A stretch of 64,000 nt of DNA. Source: Planctomycetota bacterium. GTDB lineage: Bacteria; Planctomycetota; J058. Position numbers and translations under genes: made by a program. The stretch covers positions 8,764 through 72,763 of the forward strand of contig JAHBXY010000019.1 in NCBI GenBank assembly GCA_019636275.1, written 5' to 3'. This document shows positions 40,100 through 48,476 of this stretch, piece after piece (within the stretch, counting starts at the first letter, position 1; each line of letters opens with the position of its first letter). The notes beneath the pieces are model-generated. The model was not told the origin of the DNA. It ran no database searches and saw nothing but the letters and a program-made list of their open reading frames with translations.

Positions 40100-40153
40100 G
40101 CGCGGGCGAACGAACGCCGGCGCATGACGCGTCCGTGACCGCCGCCGACCAGG

Positions 40154-40948
40154 TTGGCGCGCATGAGCCGACGCGCCGCCCTCCTCACCCTGACCGCCCT
40201 CGCCGCCTGCGCCTGCCCCCGGCCCGCGGCGACGGCGTCCGCAGACGAACAGGCCCCCGCCTCCGCGGCGCCCGCCCCGGTCACCTCGAGCGCGGTGACG
40301 GTCCGTCGCCTGGTCCGCTACGCCGCGTTCGCGGCGGCCACGGACGAGCGCGGCGCCGCCACGAACGTGCTCGTCACGGTCGTGCGGGCCGACGACGTCG
40401 CGGTCGGCGACCTTTCGCTGCGCGGGACCTGGGCGGCGGCGGTCGGCGTCGTCCCTGCGAACCGGACCTGCCCCGAGCGCTACGCGCTGTTCGGCGACGC
40501 GCGCGCGGAGCCGGCGCGGCGCGAGGCCATGCTCGTCGTGCTCCGCGAGCACCTCTCGCGGTCGGAGCACGCGTGGTACCGGCCGACGTTCGAGGCGCCG
40601 CTCCTGGCGGAGCTCGGCGCGCACGGCTACGTGCAGCTCAAGGAGTCCGCCGACGGCGACACCGCCGACGTCGACGTGAGCTCGGGCTCGCTGCCCACGG
40701 CCGTGACTGTCCGCCCGCCGGGCGGCGGGGCGCCGTGGATCGACCTGCGCCTGCCGCCGCCGATCGAGCAGCTCCGGGGGCCGCCGATCCCGTCGCTGGA
40801 GGCGACGGCCGACCTGGCCCACCCGGTCATGCCCGTGCTCGGCCTGACCGTCGTCGACCCGATCAGCGGACGGCGCCTCGCCGCGCGGCCGGGGACCTAC
40901 GCGTTCGGCGCGCACTGGACGCCGCGCGACCCGGCGCTGGTCAGGTGA
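40154..40948 (+). CDS. hypothetical lipoprotein (opposite strand, embedded in the ATPase cluster)
   Basis: Signal peptide with a lipobox (LTALAACAC); no family motif. Confidence 0.5.
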   Translation: MARMSRRAALLTLTALAACACPRPAATASADEQAPASAAPAPVTSSAVTVRRLVRYAAFAAATDERGAATNVLVTVVRADDVAVGDLSLRGTWAAAVGVVPANRTCPERYALFGDARAEPARREAMLVVLREHLSRSEHAWYRPTFEAPLLAELGAHGYVQLKESADGDTADVDVSSGSLPTAVTVRPPGGGAPWIDLRLPPPIEQLRGPPIPSLEATADLAHPVMPVLGLTVVDPISGRRLAARPGTYAFGAHWTPRDPALVR

Positions 40949-40960
40949 CCACGCAGGCGA

Positions 40961-41014
40961 GCCGGGAGGTGGGTCACCCTCCGCCCGGGAGCCCCAGCAG
41001 GTCGGCGACGGCGT
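40961..41014. repeat. direct repeat B (the authentic 3' end of the 40974..42902 gene)
   Basis: See repeat A; together the two repeats flank the lipoprotein gene. Confidence 0.5.
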
Positions 41015-42902
41015 CCACCGGGGTGTCACCCTGGCGCACGAGCTCGAGGGCCCGCGCGGCGAGCGGCGTCGAGCCGGGGGCCGGGGAGAGCTGGCCGTCC
41101 GGGCCCGGGCGCATGAGCTCGGCGAGGGCCAGGACGCCCTGCGCGCCCTGGTCGGCGCAGGCGGGGCAGCCCAGGCCCACCCAGCGCGGCAGCCGCTCGA
41201 GGAGCGCCGGGTCGAGGCGCAGGCGGCGCGTGGGCGCCTTCGTCTGCTGGCAGGCGATGCGGCAGCGCGGGCAGATGAGCGGGACGACGCGGCGGGCCAG
41301 CACGGCGCGCACGTGGGTGCGGGCGAGCTCGGCCGGGAGGCCCGCGAGCTGCAGGCGCAGGAGGGCCGACCGCGCGTCGGGGGCCGTGACCGTGACCACG
41401 GCGGCGCCGCCGGCGAGCGCCACGTCGGTGATCAGGCGCAGGGCGTCGTCGGCGCCGTCGTCGACCCCGAGCCAGTCGGGGGCCGGGTGCAGGAGGGCGT
41501 CGCGGTGCGGTGCCGCCTCGTCGAGGTCGAGGAGCGTGATCCCCGGCAGGTCGCGCCGCGGGCGCCGCTCGAGCGACACGACCGCGCCGCCGATGCGCGT
41601 GGCCCGCTCGAGGACGGCGTGGTACGCCTCCGTCTTGCCGCCGCGGCGCGGCCCGGCGATCACGACGATCCCCGCGCCGTGGGCGAGCGCCGCCTCGAAC
41701 GAGGCCAGCGCGTCGAGCGACAGGCCGAGCTGCGAGAGGCCGGCCGGGGCCCGCTCCTCGTCGCCCTCGAGCTCGATGGCCACGGCGGGCCCGAGCGCGG
41801 TGTGCAGGATGCGGAAGTCGAGGGTCACCGGCAGGCCCGAGACCTCGCAGCGGGCGCGCCCCTGGCGCACGCGCGCCCCGCCGCGGGCCGGCTCGAGGGC
41901 CAGCTCCTCCAGGCGCTCGGCCAGGGCTGGCGCGACCTCGGGGCCGACCTCGCGCTCCTTGCGCAGCTCGCCGCGCACCCGGAAGCGCAGGCTGCCGCGC
42001 CCGGCGCGCGGCTCGACGAGGACCTCGGCCGCGCCCTCCTCCAGCGCCTCGAGGAGGATCCCCTCGAACGGCAGGGCGAGGTCGAGCGGCGCGGCGTCCG
42101 CGCGCTCGTCGAGCTCCGGCGGCGGCGCGTCGTCGGCGCGCGGGCGCACGCCCAGGTCGGCCAGGGCCCCCGTCAGGGCGTCGGACGAGGCCAGGATCGC
42201 GTGCACCGGCCCGCCGACGAGGGCCTCGAGGTCGGTGTGGAGCTCGTCGTCGAGCGGGTCCCAGGCGGCCACGACGAGGGCGTCCTCCTCGCGGCGCACG
42301 GGCACGGCGCGGTAGACCTCGAGCGCGCGCGCCGGCAGGGCGCGGCGGCAGGCGGGGTCGACCTCGCCCGGGGCGGTGAGCGCCGGCAGACCGAGCTCGA
42401 GCCCGACGCCGCGCAGCGACGCGCCGAGCCGCTCGAGCACGCGGTCGCGCAGGAGCTCGTTGAGGACGCCGCCGCGGGCGCGGCGGTCCTCGAGGGCGCG
42501 CTCGACCTCCTCCGGCAGGACGAGGTCGCGCAGCGGCGCCGCTCCGTAAGCGAACGCCCGCGCGTCGAGGTCGAGGTCGAGCGTGAGGCGCAGGTCGCGC
42601 CGCAGGGCGCCGCGCGCCAGCAGCGCCTCGAGCCCCTCGCCCGGCCGGTCCTCGGGCGTGACCGCCCCCAGGGCCAGCAGGCGCTCGGCGAGGGCCGCCG
42701 CGCCCTGCTCGCGCTCGACCGCGCGCGCCCGCTCGATCGCGAGGTTGCGCCCGCAGCCGGCGCACAGGGCCTCGAGCAGGTTGTCGAGCAGGCGCACGGG
42801 CGTGCGCGCGCCGTCGCAGCGCGGGCACGGGACCGCCCGGCGCCCGATCCCGGCGGGGCGCCAGCGGAAGAACTCACCGGCCGGGGTCGCGCGCTCTCCC
42901 AT
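40974..42902 (-). CDS. divergent GspE-like ATPase with N-terminal zinc ribbon and T2SSE_N-like domains
   Basis: N-terminal CPRCDG…CAGCG; T2SSE_N-like LAERLLALGAVTPED…LEALLARGAL; Walker A GPRRGGKT; C-terminal CPRCRIAC…CPACADQG. The start lies 2 nt after the upstream stop. Confidence 0.7.
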   Translation of the reverse strand: MGERATPAGEFFRWRPAGIGRRAVPCPRCDGARTPVRLLDNLLEALCAGCGRNLAIERARAVEREQGAAALAERLLALGAVTPEDRPGEGLEALLARGALRRDLRLTLDLDLDARAFAYGAAPLRDLVLPEEVERALEDRRARGGVLNELLRDRVLERLGASLRGVGLELGLPALTAPGEVDPACRRALPARALEVYRAVPVRREEDALVVAAWDPLDDELHTDLEALVGGPVHAILASSDALTGALADLGVRPRADDAPPPELDERADAAPLDLALPFEGILLEALEEGAAEVLVEPRAGRGSLRFRVRGELRKEREVGPEVAPALAERLEELALEPARGGARVRQGRARCEVSGLPVTLDFRILHTALGPAVAIELEGDEERAPAGLSQLGLSLDALASFEAALAHGAGIVVIAGPRRGGKTEAYHAVLERATRIGGAVVSLERRPRRDLPGITLLDLDEAAPHRDALLHPAPDWLGVDDGADDALRLITDVALAGGAAVVTVTAPDARSALLRLQLAGLPAELARTHVRAVLARRVVPLICPRCRIACQQTKAPTRRLRLDPALLERLPRWVGLGCPACADQGAQGVLALAELMRPGPDGQLSPAPGSTPLAARALELVRQGDTPVDAVADLLGLPGGG

Positions 42903-42904
42903 CG

Positions 42905-44716
42905 TCAGGACCTGAGCTCCTCCACGAAGACCTTCCAGGCGGCCTCGAGCGCCTTGTCGAACGCCCGGCGCACGCGCGGGTCGTCGGTCCGCAGGGCGGC
43001 CCCATTCGTGGCGGGGGCGACGGCGGCGGCCGGCGCGGCCGGCGCGACCGGGGCGGCGGCCTCGACCGGCGCCGACCGGGCGGGGGCGACCGGGGGCGCG
43101 GCCACGGCCGCCGCCGCCGCATGGCGCGCCGAGTCGCCCGACATCGCCTCCTCGAGGCGCCGCGCGCTCTGGCGCAGGCGGTCGCGCAGCGCCGCCTCCT
43201 CGTCGTCGTCGTCATCGCGGGCGTCGTCGACCGGGCGCCCGGCGTCGATCATGCGGCCGACCTCGCTGGCGCTGAGCGGCACCTCGTCGTCGAGCGCCGG
43301 CACGGGGACGTCCTCGTCGTCGTCGGCCGGGTGCGAGGCCGAGGCCGCGCGCGACCCGGACAGGCCCGAGTCGAACACGTCGCCGCCGGGGATCGTCGCC
43401 GGCGGGGGCGGCGGCGGCGCGGCGACGTCGTCCGCGCTCTGGAAGGGGGACGACGCCGTGGCCGCCAGCTCCGGCTCGGGCCGCCGCGGGGGCACCGGCG
43501 GCGCCGGCGGCTGCGTCGGCGCCGGCGGCGCGGCGGCCTGCGTCCGCTCGGAGCCGGCGCGCGCCGGCTCTTCGAGGGCGCGCCTGGCGAGCCGCTCCGA
43601 CGCCGGCCGCTGGCTGATCGGCCGGTCGTCGAACGCCTCGGCCGCCCAGGCCCCGTCGGTCTCCATCTCGTCGCCGCTGTCCATGCGCTCGATCGCGCGC
43701 AGGTCGTCCTCGTCGAGGTCGACGTCGGAACCGATCTCGCTCACGTCCTCGGCCAGGTCCGCCTCGTCCTCGCCGCCCTCGGCTGCCACCTTCTCGACCA
43801 GGTCGTCGAGCTTGGCGGGGTCGATGTCCAGCTTGTCCTCGTCGTCGTCGAGGTCCTCGTCGAGGTTCACCCCGTCGAGGTCGTCGTCGTCCTCGTCGAG
43901 GTCCACGTCCTTGAGGTCGTCGTCGTCGAGGTCCACGCCCTTGAGGTCGTCGTCGTCGAGGTCGTCCTCGTCGAGGTCCACGTCCTTCAGGTCGTCGTCC
44001 TTCAGGTCGTCGTCCTTCAGGTCGTCGTCCTTCAGGTCGTCGTCCTTCAGGTCGTCGTCGTCGAGGTCCACCCCGTCGAGGTCGGCGCCGGCGTCGTCGA
44101 GGTCGGCCTCGTCGAGGTCGTCGTCGTCGAGGTCCACGTCCTTGAGGTCGTCGTCGTCGGCGTCGTCGTCGGCGGCCGGGGCCGGGCGGGCCGGCGCGGG
44201 CCTGGCCGGCGCCTCGGGCGCGCCCTTGAGGACGGGCGTCGGCCCGCTGGCGCTGAGCGCCCGCGTGTTGCCGCTGCGCGCCTTGGCCCGGTCGCGCTCA
44301 TCGATCCCCTTGCGCACGTCGGCGGCCTGCTTCGACGTGAGCTTCCCCTGCGCGACGAGGATCTCGGCCAGCCCCTCGACCTTGCCCTTGCCCTGGTAGG
44401 CGTCCTTCTGGGCGTCGAGGGCGCGCTCGATGTCGGCCTGCTGCAGGAGCTCCATGCGCAGGCACTGCCGCCCGAAGCGCTTGTCGAGGTCGCGCTGCTC
44501 GCGGTAGCGGCAGGCGTTGACCACCGACTGGTGCTGCCGCTCGCTCAGGAAGCCGAGGCGCACCATCACCTCGCCCAGCGGCGGCTTCTTCTTGCCGCCC
44601 TTGGCGAGCGAGTCCAGCTCCTCGGCCGCCTTGCGCACCTGGAAGCGCGTGACGAGCTTGTTGTCGAGGGCGATCTTCGTGTAGAGGTCCTCGACCGCCT
44701 GCGGATCAGAGCTCAC
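42905..44716 (-). CDS. T2SSE_N/MshEN-like domain protein with extreme acidic (DDDLKDVDL)n repeats and a Pro/Ala-rich tail
   Basis: Two GspE-N-like repeats at the N-terminus (…PLGEVMVRLGFLSERQ… and …GLAEILVAQGKLTSKQAADV…), then about 150 aa of Asp/Leu/Lys repeats. Confidence 0.6.
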   Translation of the reverse strand: MSSDPQAVEDLYTKIALDNKLVTRFQVRKAAEELDSLAKGGKKKPPLGEVMVRLGFLSERQHQSVVNACRYREQRDLDKRFGRQCLRMELLQQADIERALDAQKDAYQGKGKVEGLAEILVAQGKLTSKQAADVRKGIDERDRAKARSGNTRALSASGPTPVLKGAPEAPARPAPARPAPAADDDADDDDLKDVDLDDDDLDEADLDDAGADLDGVDLDDDDLKDDDLKDDDLKDDDLKDDDLKDVDLDEDDLDDDDLKGVDLDDDDLKDVDLDEDDDDLDGVNLDEDLDDDEDKLDIDPAKLDDLVEKVAAEGGEDEADLAEDVSEIGSDVDLDEDDLRAIERMDSGDEMETDGAWAAEAFDDRPISQRPASERLARRALEEPARAGSERTQAAAPPAPTQPPAPPVPPRRPEPELAATASSPFQSADDVAAPPPPPPATIPGGDVFDSGLSGSRAASASHPADDDEDVPVPALDDEVPLSASEVGRMIDAGRPVDDARDDDDDEEAALRDRLRQSARRLEEAMSGDSARHAAAAAVAAPPVAPARSAPVEAAAPVAPAAPAAAVAPATNGAALRTDDPRVRRAFDKALEAAWKVFVEELRS

Positions 44717-44859
44717 CTGAACGCTCCTGCGCGGCCGGCCCGCCCGGGCCCGCCGCCAACCACCTGATTGAACCTCGCCGCCCGGCCGGACGCATCAACT
44801 GAAGTCGAACCCGCGCTGGATCCCGGACCGCCGCGGCTCGTCTTGCGGCGGCGGCCCGC

Positions 44860-46200
44860 TCACCATCCGCCTGGCGGGGGCCCGGGGCACCGCCCGCATC
44901 GGGCCCGCCCCGGGCCCGGCCGGCAACCCCGCCCCAGGCCCGGCCGGCGGCGCCCCGCCCCGGGGCGCGGCGCCGCTCCGCCGGGCGGCGGCGTCGGCGC
45001 CGCGGGCGGCGGCGCGACCTCCCCGCTGTCGGCGAGGTTGATCGCGGCCGACGAGGTGACGTTCGTCGTGGCGCCCGGGTCGGCGCGGCGCAGCTCGACG
45101 TCCTTGCGGCCGAGCAGCGCGGTGGCCCCGCCGCGCTGCATGCCCTTGAGCATCAGCTTCAGGTCGCCCGGCGACGCGCTGTTCTCGAGCGCCGCCTCGG
45201 GCGTGATCAGGCGCCGGTTGACCAGCTCGACCAGCGCCTGGTTGAAGCTCAGCATGCGGTAGTAGCTGGACGAGCTCTCGATGGCCCGCGCCATGTCGTC
45301 GATCGCGCCCTTCTCGATGAGCTGCTTGATCGTCGGCGAGCAGACCATGACCTCGAACGCGGCCACGCGGCCGGTGCCGTCGGCCCGCCGGATGAGCCGC
45401 TGCGACACGACCCCGCGCAGGCACACCGACAGCGTGCGCAGGAGGCCCTGGCGGCCGTCGGCCGGGAACGCGTCGGTGATGCGGGTGATGCTCTGCTTGG
45501 CGTCGTTGGTGTGCAGCGTCGAGAGGACGAGGTGGCCGGTGCCGGCGGCGTGCAGGGCCAGCTCCATCGTCTCGCGGTCGCGCATCTCGCCGGCGAGGAT
45601 CACGTCGGGGTTCTGGCGCAGGGCGGCGCGCAGGGCGCGCGAGGTGTCGAGCACGTCCTCGCCGATCCCGCGCTGCGTGATGGTCGCCTTCCGGTCGGTG
45701 TAGACGAACTCGACCGGGTCCTCGATCGTGATGATGTGGGCGTGGCGCGTCTCGTTGATGTGCTCGACGATCGCCGCCAGCGTCGTCGACTTTCCGCTGC
45801 CGGTCGGCCCCGTGACGAGGATGATCCCGTGCGGCGCGCCGGCCAGGTCCTTCAGCACCGGCGGCAGCTTCAGCGCGTCGACCGTGGGCGTCTCGAGCGG
45901 GATGGACCGGATCACCGCGCCGACGCGGTTGCGCTGGTAGAAGACGTTCACGCGGAAGCGCGCCACGTCCTCGATCTCGAACGACAGGTCCACCTCGCGC
46001 TCGCGCTCGAGCCGCTTCACCCAGCCCTCGTCGAGCAGCGGCGCGACGTTCTGCCACAGCCGCTCCTTCGTCTGCACCGGGTGGTCCGACGGCAGGAGCT
46101 GCCCCGAGATGCGCATGAGCGGCGGGCGGCCCTCCTTGAGGATCAGGTCCGACCCGCCGCGGCGGTGCAGGTCGGTGAGGAGCTGCGTGAGCTGCGACAC
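44860..46200 (-). CDS. PilT/PilU-like retraction-type ATPase with an about 80-aa C-terminal extension
   Basis: Walker A GPTGSGKSTT, Walker B ILAGEMRD, His box LVLSTLHTNDA, AIRN-like motif; GTG start 1 nt after the stop of the upstream GAF gene. Confidence 0.85.
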   Translation of the reverse strand: MSQLTQLLTDLHRRGGSDLILKEGRPPLMRISGQLLPSDHPVQTKERLWQNVAPLLDEGWVKRLEREREVDLSFEIEDVARFRVNVFYQRNRVGAVIRSIPLETPTVDALKLPPVLKDLAGAPHGIILVTGPTGSGKSTTLAAIVEHINETRHAHIITIEDPVEFVYTDRKATITQRGIGEDVLDTSRALRAALRQNPDVILAGEMRDRETMELALHAAGTGHLVLSTLHTNDAKQSITRITDAFPADGRQGLLRTLSVCLRGVVSQRLIRRADGTGRVAAFEVMVCSPTIKQLIEKGAIDDMARAIESSSSYYRMLSFNQALVELVNRRLITPEAALENSASPGDLKLMLKGMQRGGATALLGRKDVELRRADPGATTNVTSSAAINLADSGEVAPPPAAPTPPPGGAAPRPGAGRRRPGLGRGCRPGPGRARCGRCPGPPPGGW

Positions 46201-46201
46201 G

Positions 46202-46777
46202 TCAGGCCCTCGCCGCGCGCAGCGTCCGGAGCTCGCAGCCGAGCGACACGAGCCCGCCGATGTAGCGGCCGAGGTGGCGGGCGAACTCGACCTCCTCGCC
46301 GCTGAAGGTCGAGCCGCAGCGCCTGTTCATGACCTGCAGGGCGCCGATGGGCTGGCCGTCGCACACGACGGGCGTCGTGAGCATGGAGCTCACCTCGTAG
46401 CCCACGGCGTCCGAGACCTCACGCGCGAAGCGCGGGTCCTTGTCGGCGTCGGAGACGGCGATCACCTCGTTGTCCCGGAAGGCGCTGCCGGCGATCCCCT
46501 GCCCGGGCTTGATCGTGATGTCGAGGGCCAGGACCTCCTGCGCCTTGGGGCCGCGCGCGGCGGCGAAGTAGAGCGCGCCCTGCTCGTCGTCGAACATGTA
46601 GAGGGCGCCCGAGCGGGCGTGGAAGAAGTCCATGGCCGCGTCCATGACGCCGTCGAACACGGCGGCGAAGTCGTCGGGCGCGGCGAACAGGTGCAGGAGC
46701 CGCTGCAGCACCTGGACCTGCGCCTGGAGCTGCGCGGTGTCGTCGAGCAGCGCCCGGTACTCCGTCTCCGTGGTCAA
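46202..46777 (-). CDS. stand-alone GAF-domain protein
   Basis: About 190 aa with a GAF-like pattern (…FDGVMDAAMDFFHARSGALYMFD…GQGIAGSAF…PIGALQVMN). TTG start with an upstream AGGGGG. The rest of the listed 499-aa ORF overlaps the kinase gene in another frame. Confidence 0.55.
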   Translation of the reverse strand: MTTETEYRALLDDTAQLQAQVQVLQRLLHLFAAPDDFAAVFDGVMDAAMDFFHARSGALYMFDDEQGALYFAAARGPKAQEVLALDITIKPGQGIAGSAFRDNEVIAVSDADKDPRFAREVSDAVGYEVSSMLTTPVVCDGQPIGALQVMNRRCGSTFSGEEVEFARHLGRYIGGLVSLGCELRTLRAARA

Positions 46778-46923
46778 GCGGCGCCCCCTGTCCGGCGGAC
46801 GGGGCCGACTATAGCCCGCGCGCCGGGCGTTGTGTGATCGACGGCGATGCCGGCGAGGGGGGCGCGCGCGGGCCGCCCGCTCGCTGAGGCGGCCGCCGAG
46901 GACCCGGCGATCGATCCCTGCCG

Positions 46924-48147
46924 TCAGAGGCTCCGGCGGGCGTCGCGCGCGAGGGCCACGACCTCGGCCGCCTCGCGGGGGCGGACGTCGGGCGCGGCCA
47001 GGAGGCGCTCGAGCAGGGCGAGCACGGCCGGCGGGAGGTCGGGGAGCAGGTCGCGCGGGCGGGGGAAGTCGCCGTCGAGGATGCGGCCGATCAGGGCCAT
47101 GGAGTCGTCGTCGGCCATGGGCGGGCGGCCGAGGAGCACCTCGAACGCCGAGACGCCGAGCGAGTAGAGGTCGACGCTCTCGTCGAACTCGGGCGAGCGG
47201 AACACCTCGGGCGCGAGGTACAGCGGGGTGCCGATGAACTCGCGCGAGAGCGTGATCCCGCGGTCGGAGAGGCGGCGCGCCAGGCCGAAGTCGCCGAGGA
47301 CGTGGCCGCCGTCGGCGTCGTAGAACACGTTGCCGGGCTTGACGTCGCGGTGCACGAGGCCGGCGGCGTGGAGGTGTTCGAGCGCCTCGCCCACCTGCTC
47401 GACGAGGCGCAGCGCGGCCTCGACCGGCTGGGGGCCGGCGCGCCGCACGCGCTGGCGCACGGAGCCGCCGGGGAGGAAGTCCATGACGTAGTAGAAGCAA
47501 TCCTCGTGGCGCCCGCTCTCGACGAAGCGCACGAGGCGCGGGTGCGTGAGCCCGCAGAGGGTGTCGATCTCGCGGCGGAAGCGCAGGAGCGTCTCGGTGC
47601 TGCCGACGAGGTGCGGCCAGACGACCTTGAGGGCGCGGACCGTCGGGTCGCCGTCGCGCACGGCCGTGAACACGCAGGCCGTGCCGCCGCGGCCGATGCA
47701 CTCGAGGAGCGCCCAGGGGCCGACGCGGTCGGGGATCGGGGTGAACTGCGCGACCTTGCGCGGCCGCAGGGCCCGCTCGAGCTTGGCCCCCAGCTCGGCC
47801 TCGTTGACGGGCTTGAGCAGGTAGTCGGTGGCGCCCAGGCGGAAGGCCTCCTCGAGCATGGCCTCCTCATCGGTGGCCGAGACGACGAGCACGGGCGGCG
47901 CGTTGGCGCCGAGCTGGTGCTTGACCTCCTGCACGACCTCGAGGCCGCTCATGTGCGGCATGCGCAGGTCGGTGATCACGGCCGCCGGCAGGTCGAGCGG
48001 GAGCTGGCGCATGGCCTCGCGCGGGTCGCCGTAGGCGCACACGTCGAAGCCGCGCTTGCGCAGGCGCGAGCTGAGCATGGCCAGGCACACGCCGTCATCA
48101 TCGACGAGCACGACCCGGCGCGAGGGGGAGGCGAGCGGTTCCGTCAC
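46924..48147 (-). CDS. response-regulator receiver domain fused to a Ser/Thr protein kinase
   Basis: REC (RRVVLVDDD…ITDLRMPHMSG…KP) then kinase (IGRGGTACV, ALKVV, HRDVKPGNV, DFGLAR, LAPE). GTG start at 48147. Confidence 0.75.
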   Translation of the reverse strand: MTEPLASPSRRVVLVDDDGVCLAMLSSRLRKRGFDVCAYGDPREAMRQLPLDLPAAVITDLRMPHMSGLEVVQEVKHQLGANAPPVLVVSATDEEAMLEEAFRLGATDYLLKPVNEAELGAKLERALRPRKVAQFTPIPDRVGPWALLECIGRGGTACVFTAVRDGDPTVRALKVVWPHLVGSTETLLRFRREIDTLCGLTHPRLVRFVESGRHEDCFYYVMDFLPGGSVRQRVRRAGPQPVEAALRLVEQVGEALEHLHAAGLVHRDVKPGNVFYDADGGHVLGDFGLARRLSDRGITLSREFIGTPLYLAPEVFRSPEFDESVDLYSLGVSAFEVLLGRPPMADDDSMALIGRILDGDFPRPRDLLPDLPPAVLALLERLLAAPDVRPREAAEVVALARDARRSL

Positions 48148-48476
48148 GTCCTGGCCCAGGGCGTCCCCCCCGCGTCCGCCGGCCCCGCCGGCGTGGCCAC
48201 ACGCTACTCGCCGCGACAGCGACGTTCCAGTCGGTCGTCCCACCGGCCGGGCCGGCGCCGACGCTCAACTCGTTGGCGCGAGAACGGCTACGACGACCGC
48301 CCGGGGGGGCGCCCTTGAGCGGCCCGATGGGCAGGGCTAGAGTCCCCAAAGGTGCGCGCGGATGGCGAGGACGCCGGCCTCTCAGGCGAACTTTCCTGCC
48401 CGGGTGCAAGTTTCTCGGATCGTGTGTCTTTCTCGATGTGACGAGCAACCGAGCGCGCTGGGCCGGGGGTTGACCC

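Noticed and set aside
39484-44399. 943-aa, 600-aa and 1028-aa alternative-frame ORFs over the ATPase cluster
   Set aside because: No ATPase or other motifs; antisense or out of frame relative to ORFs bearing Walker motifs.
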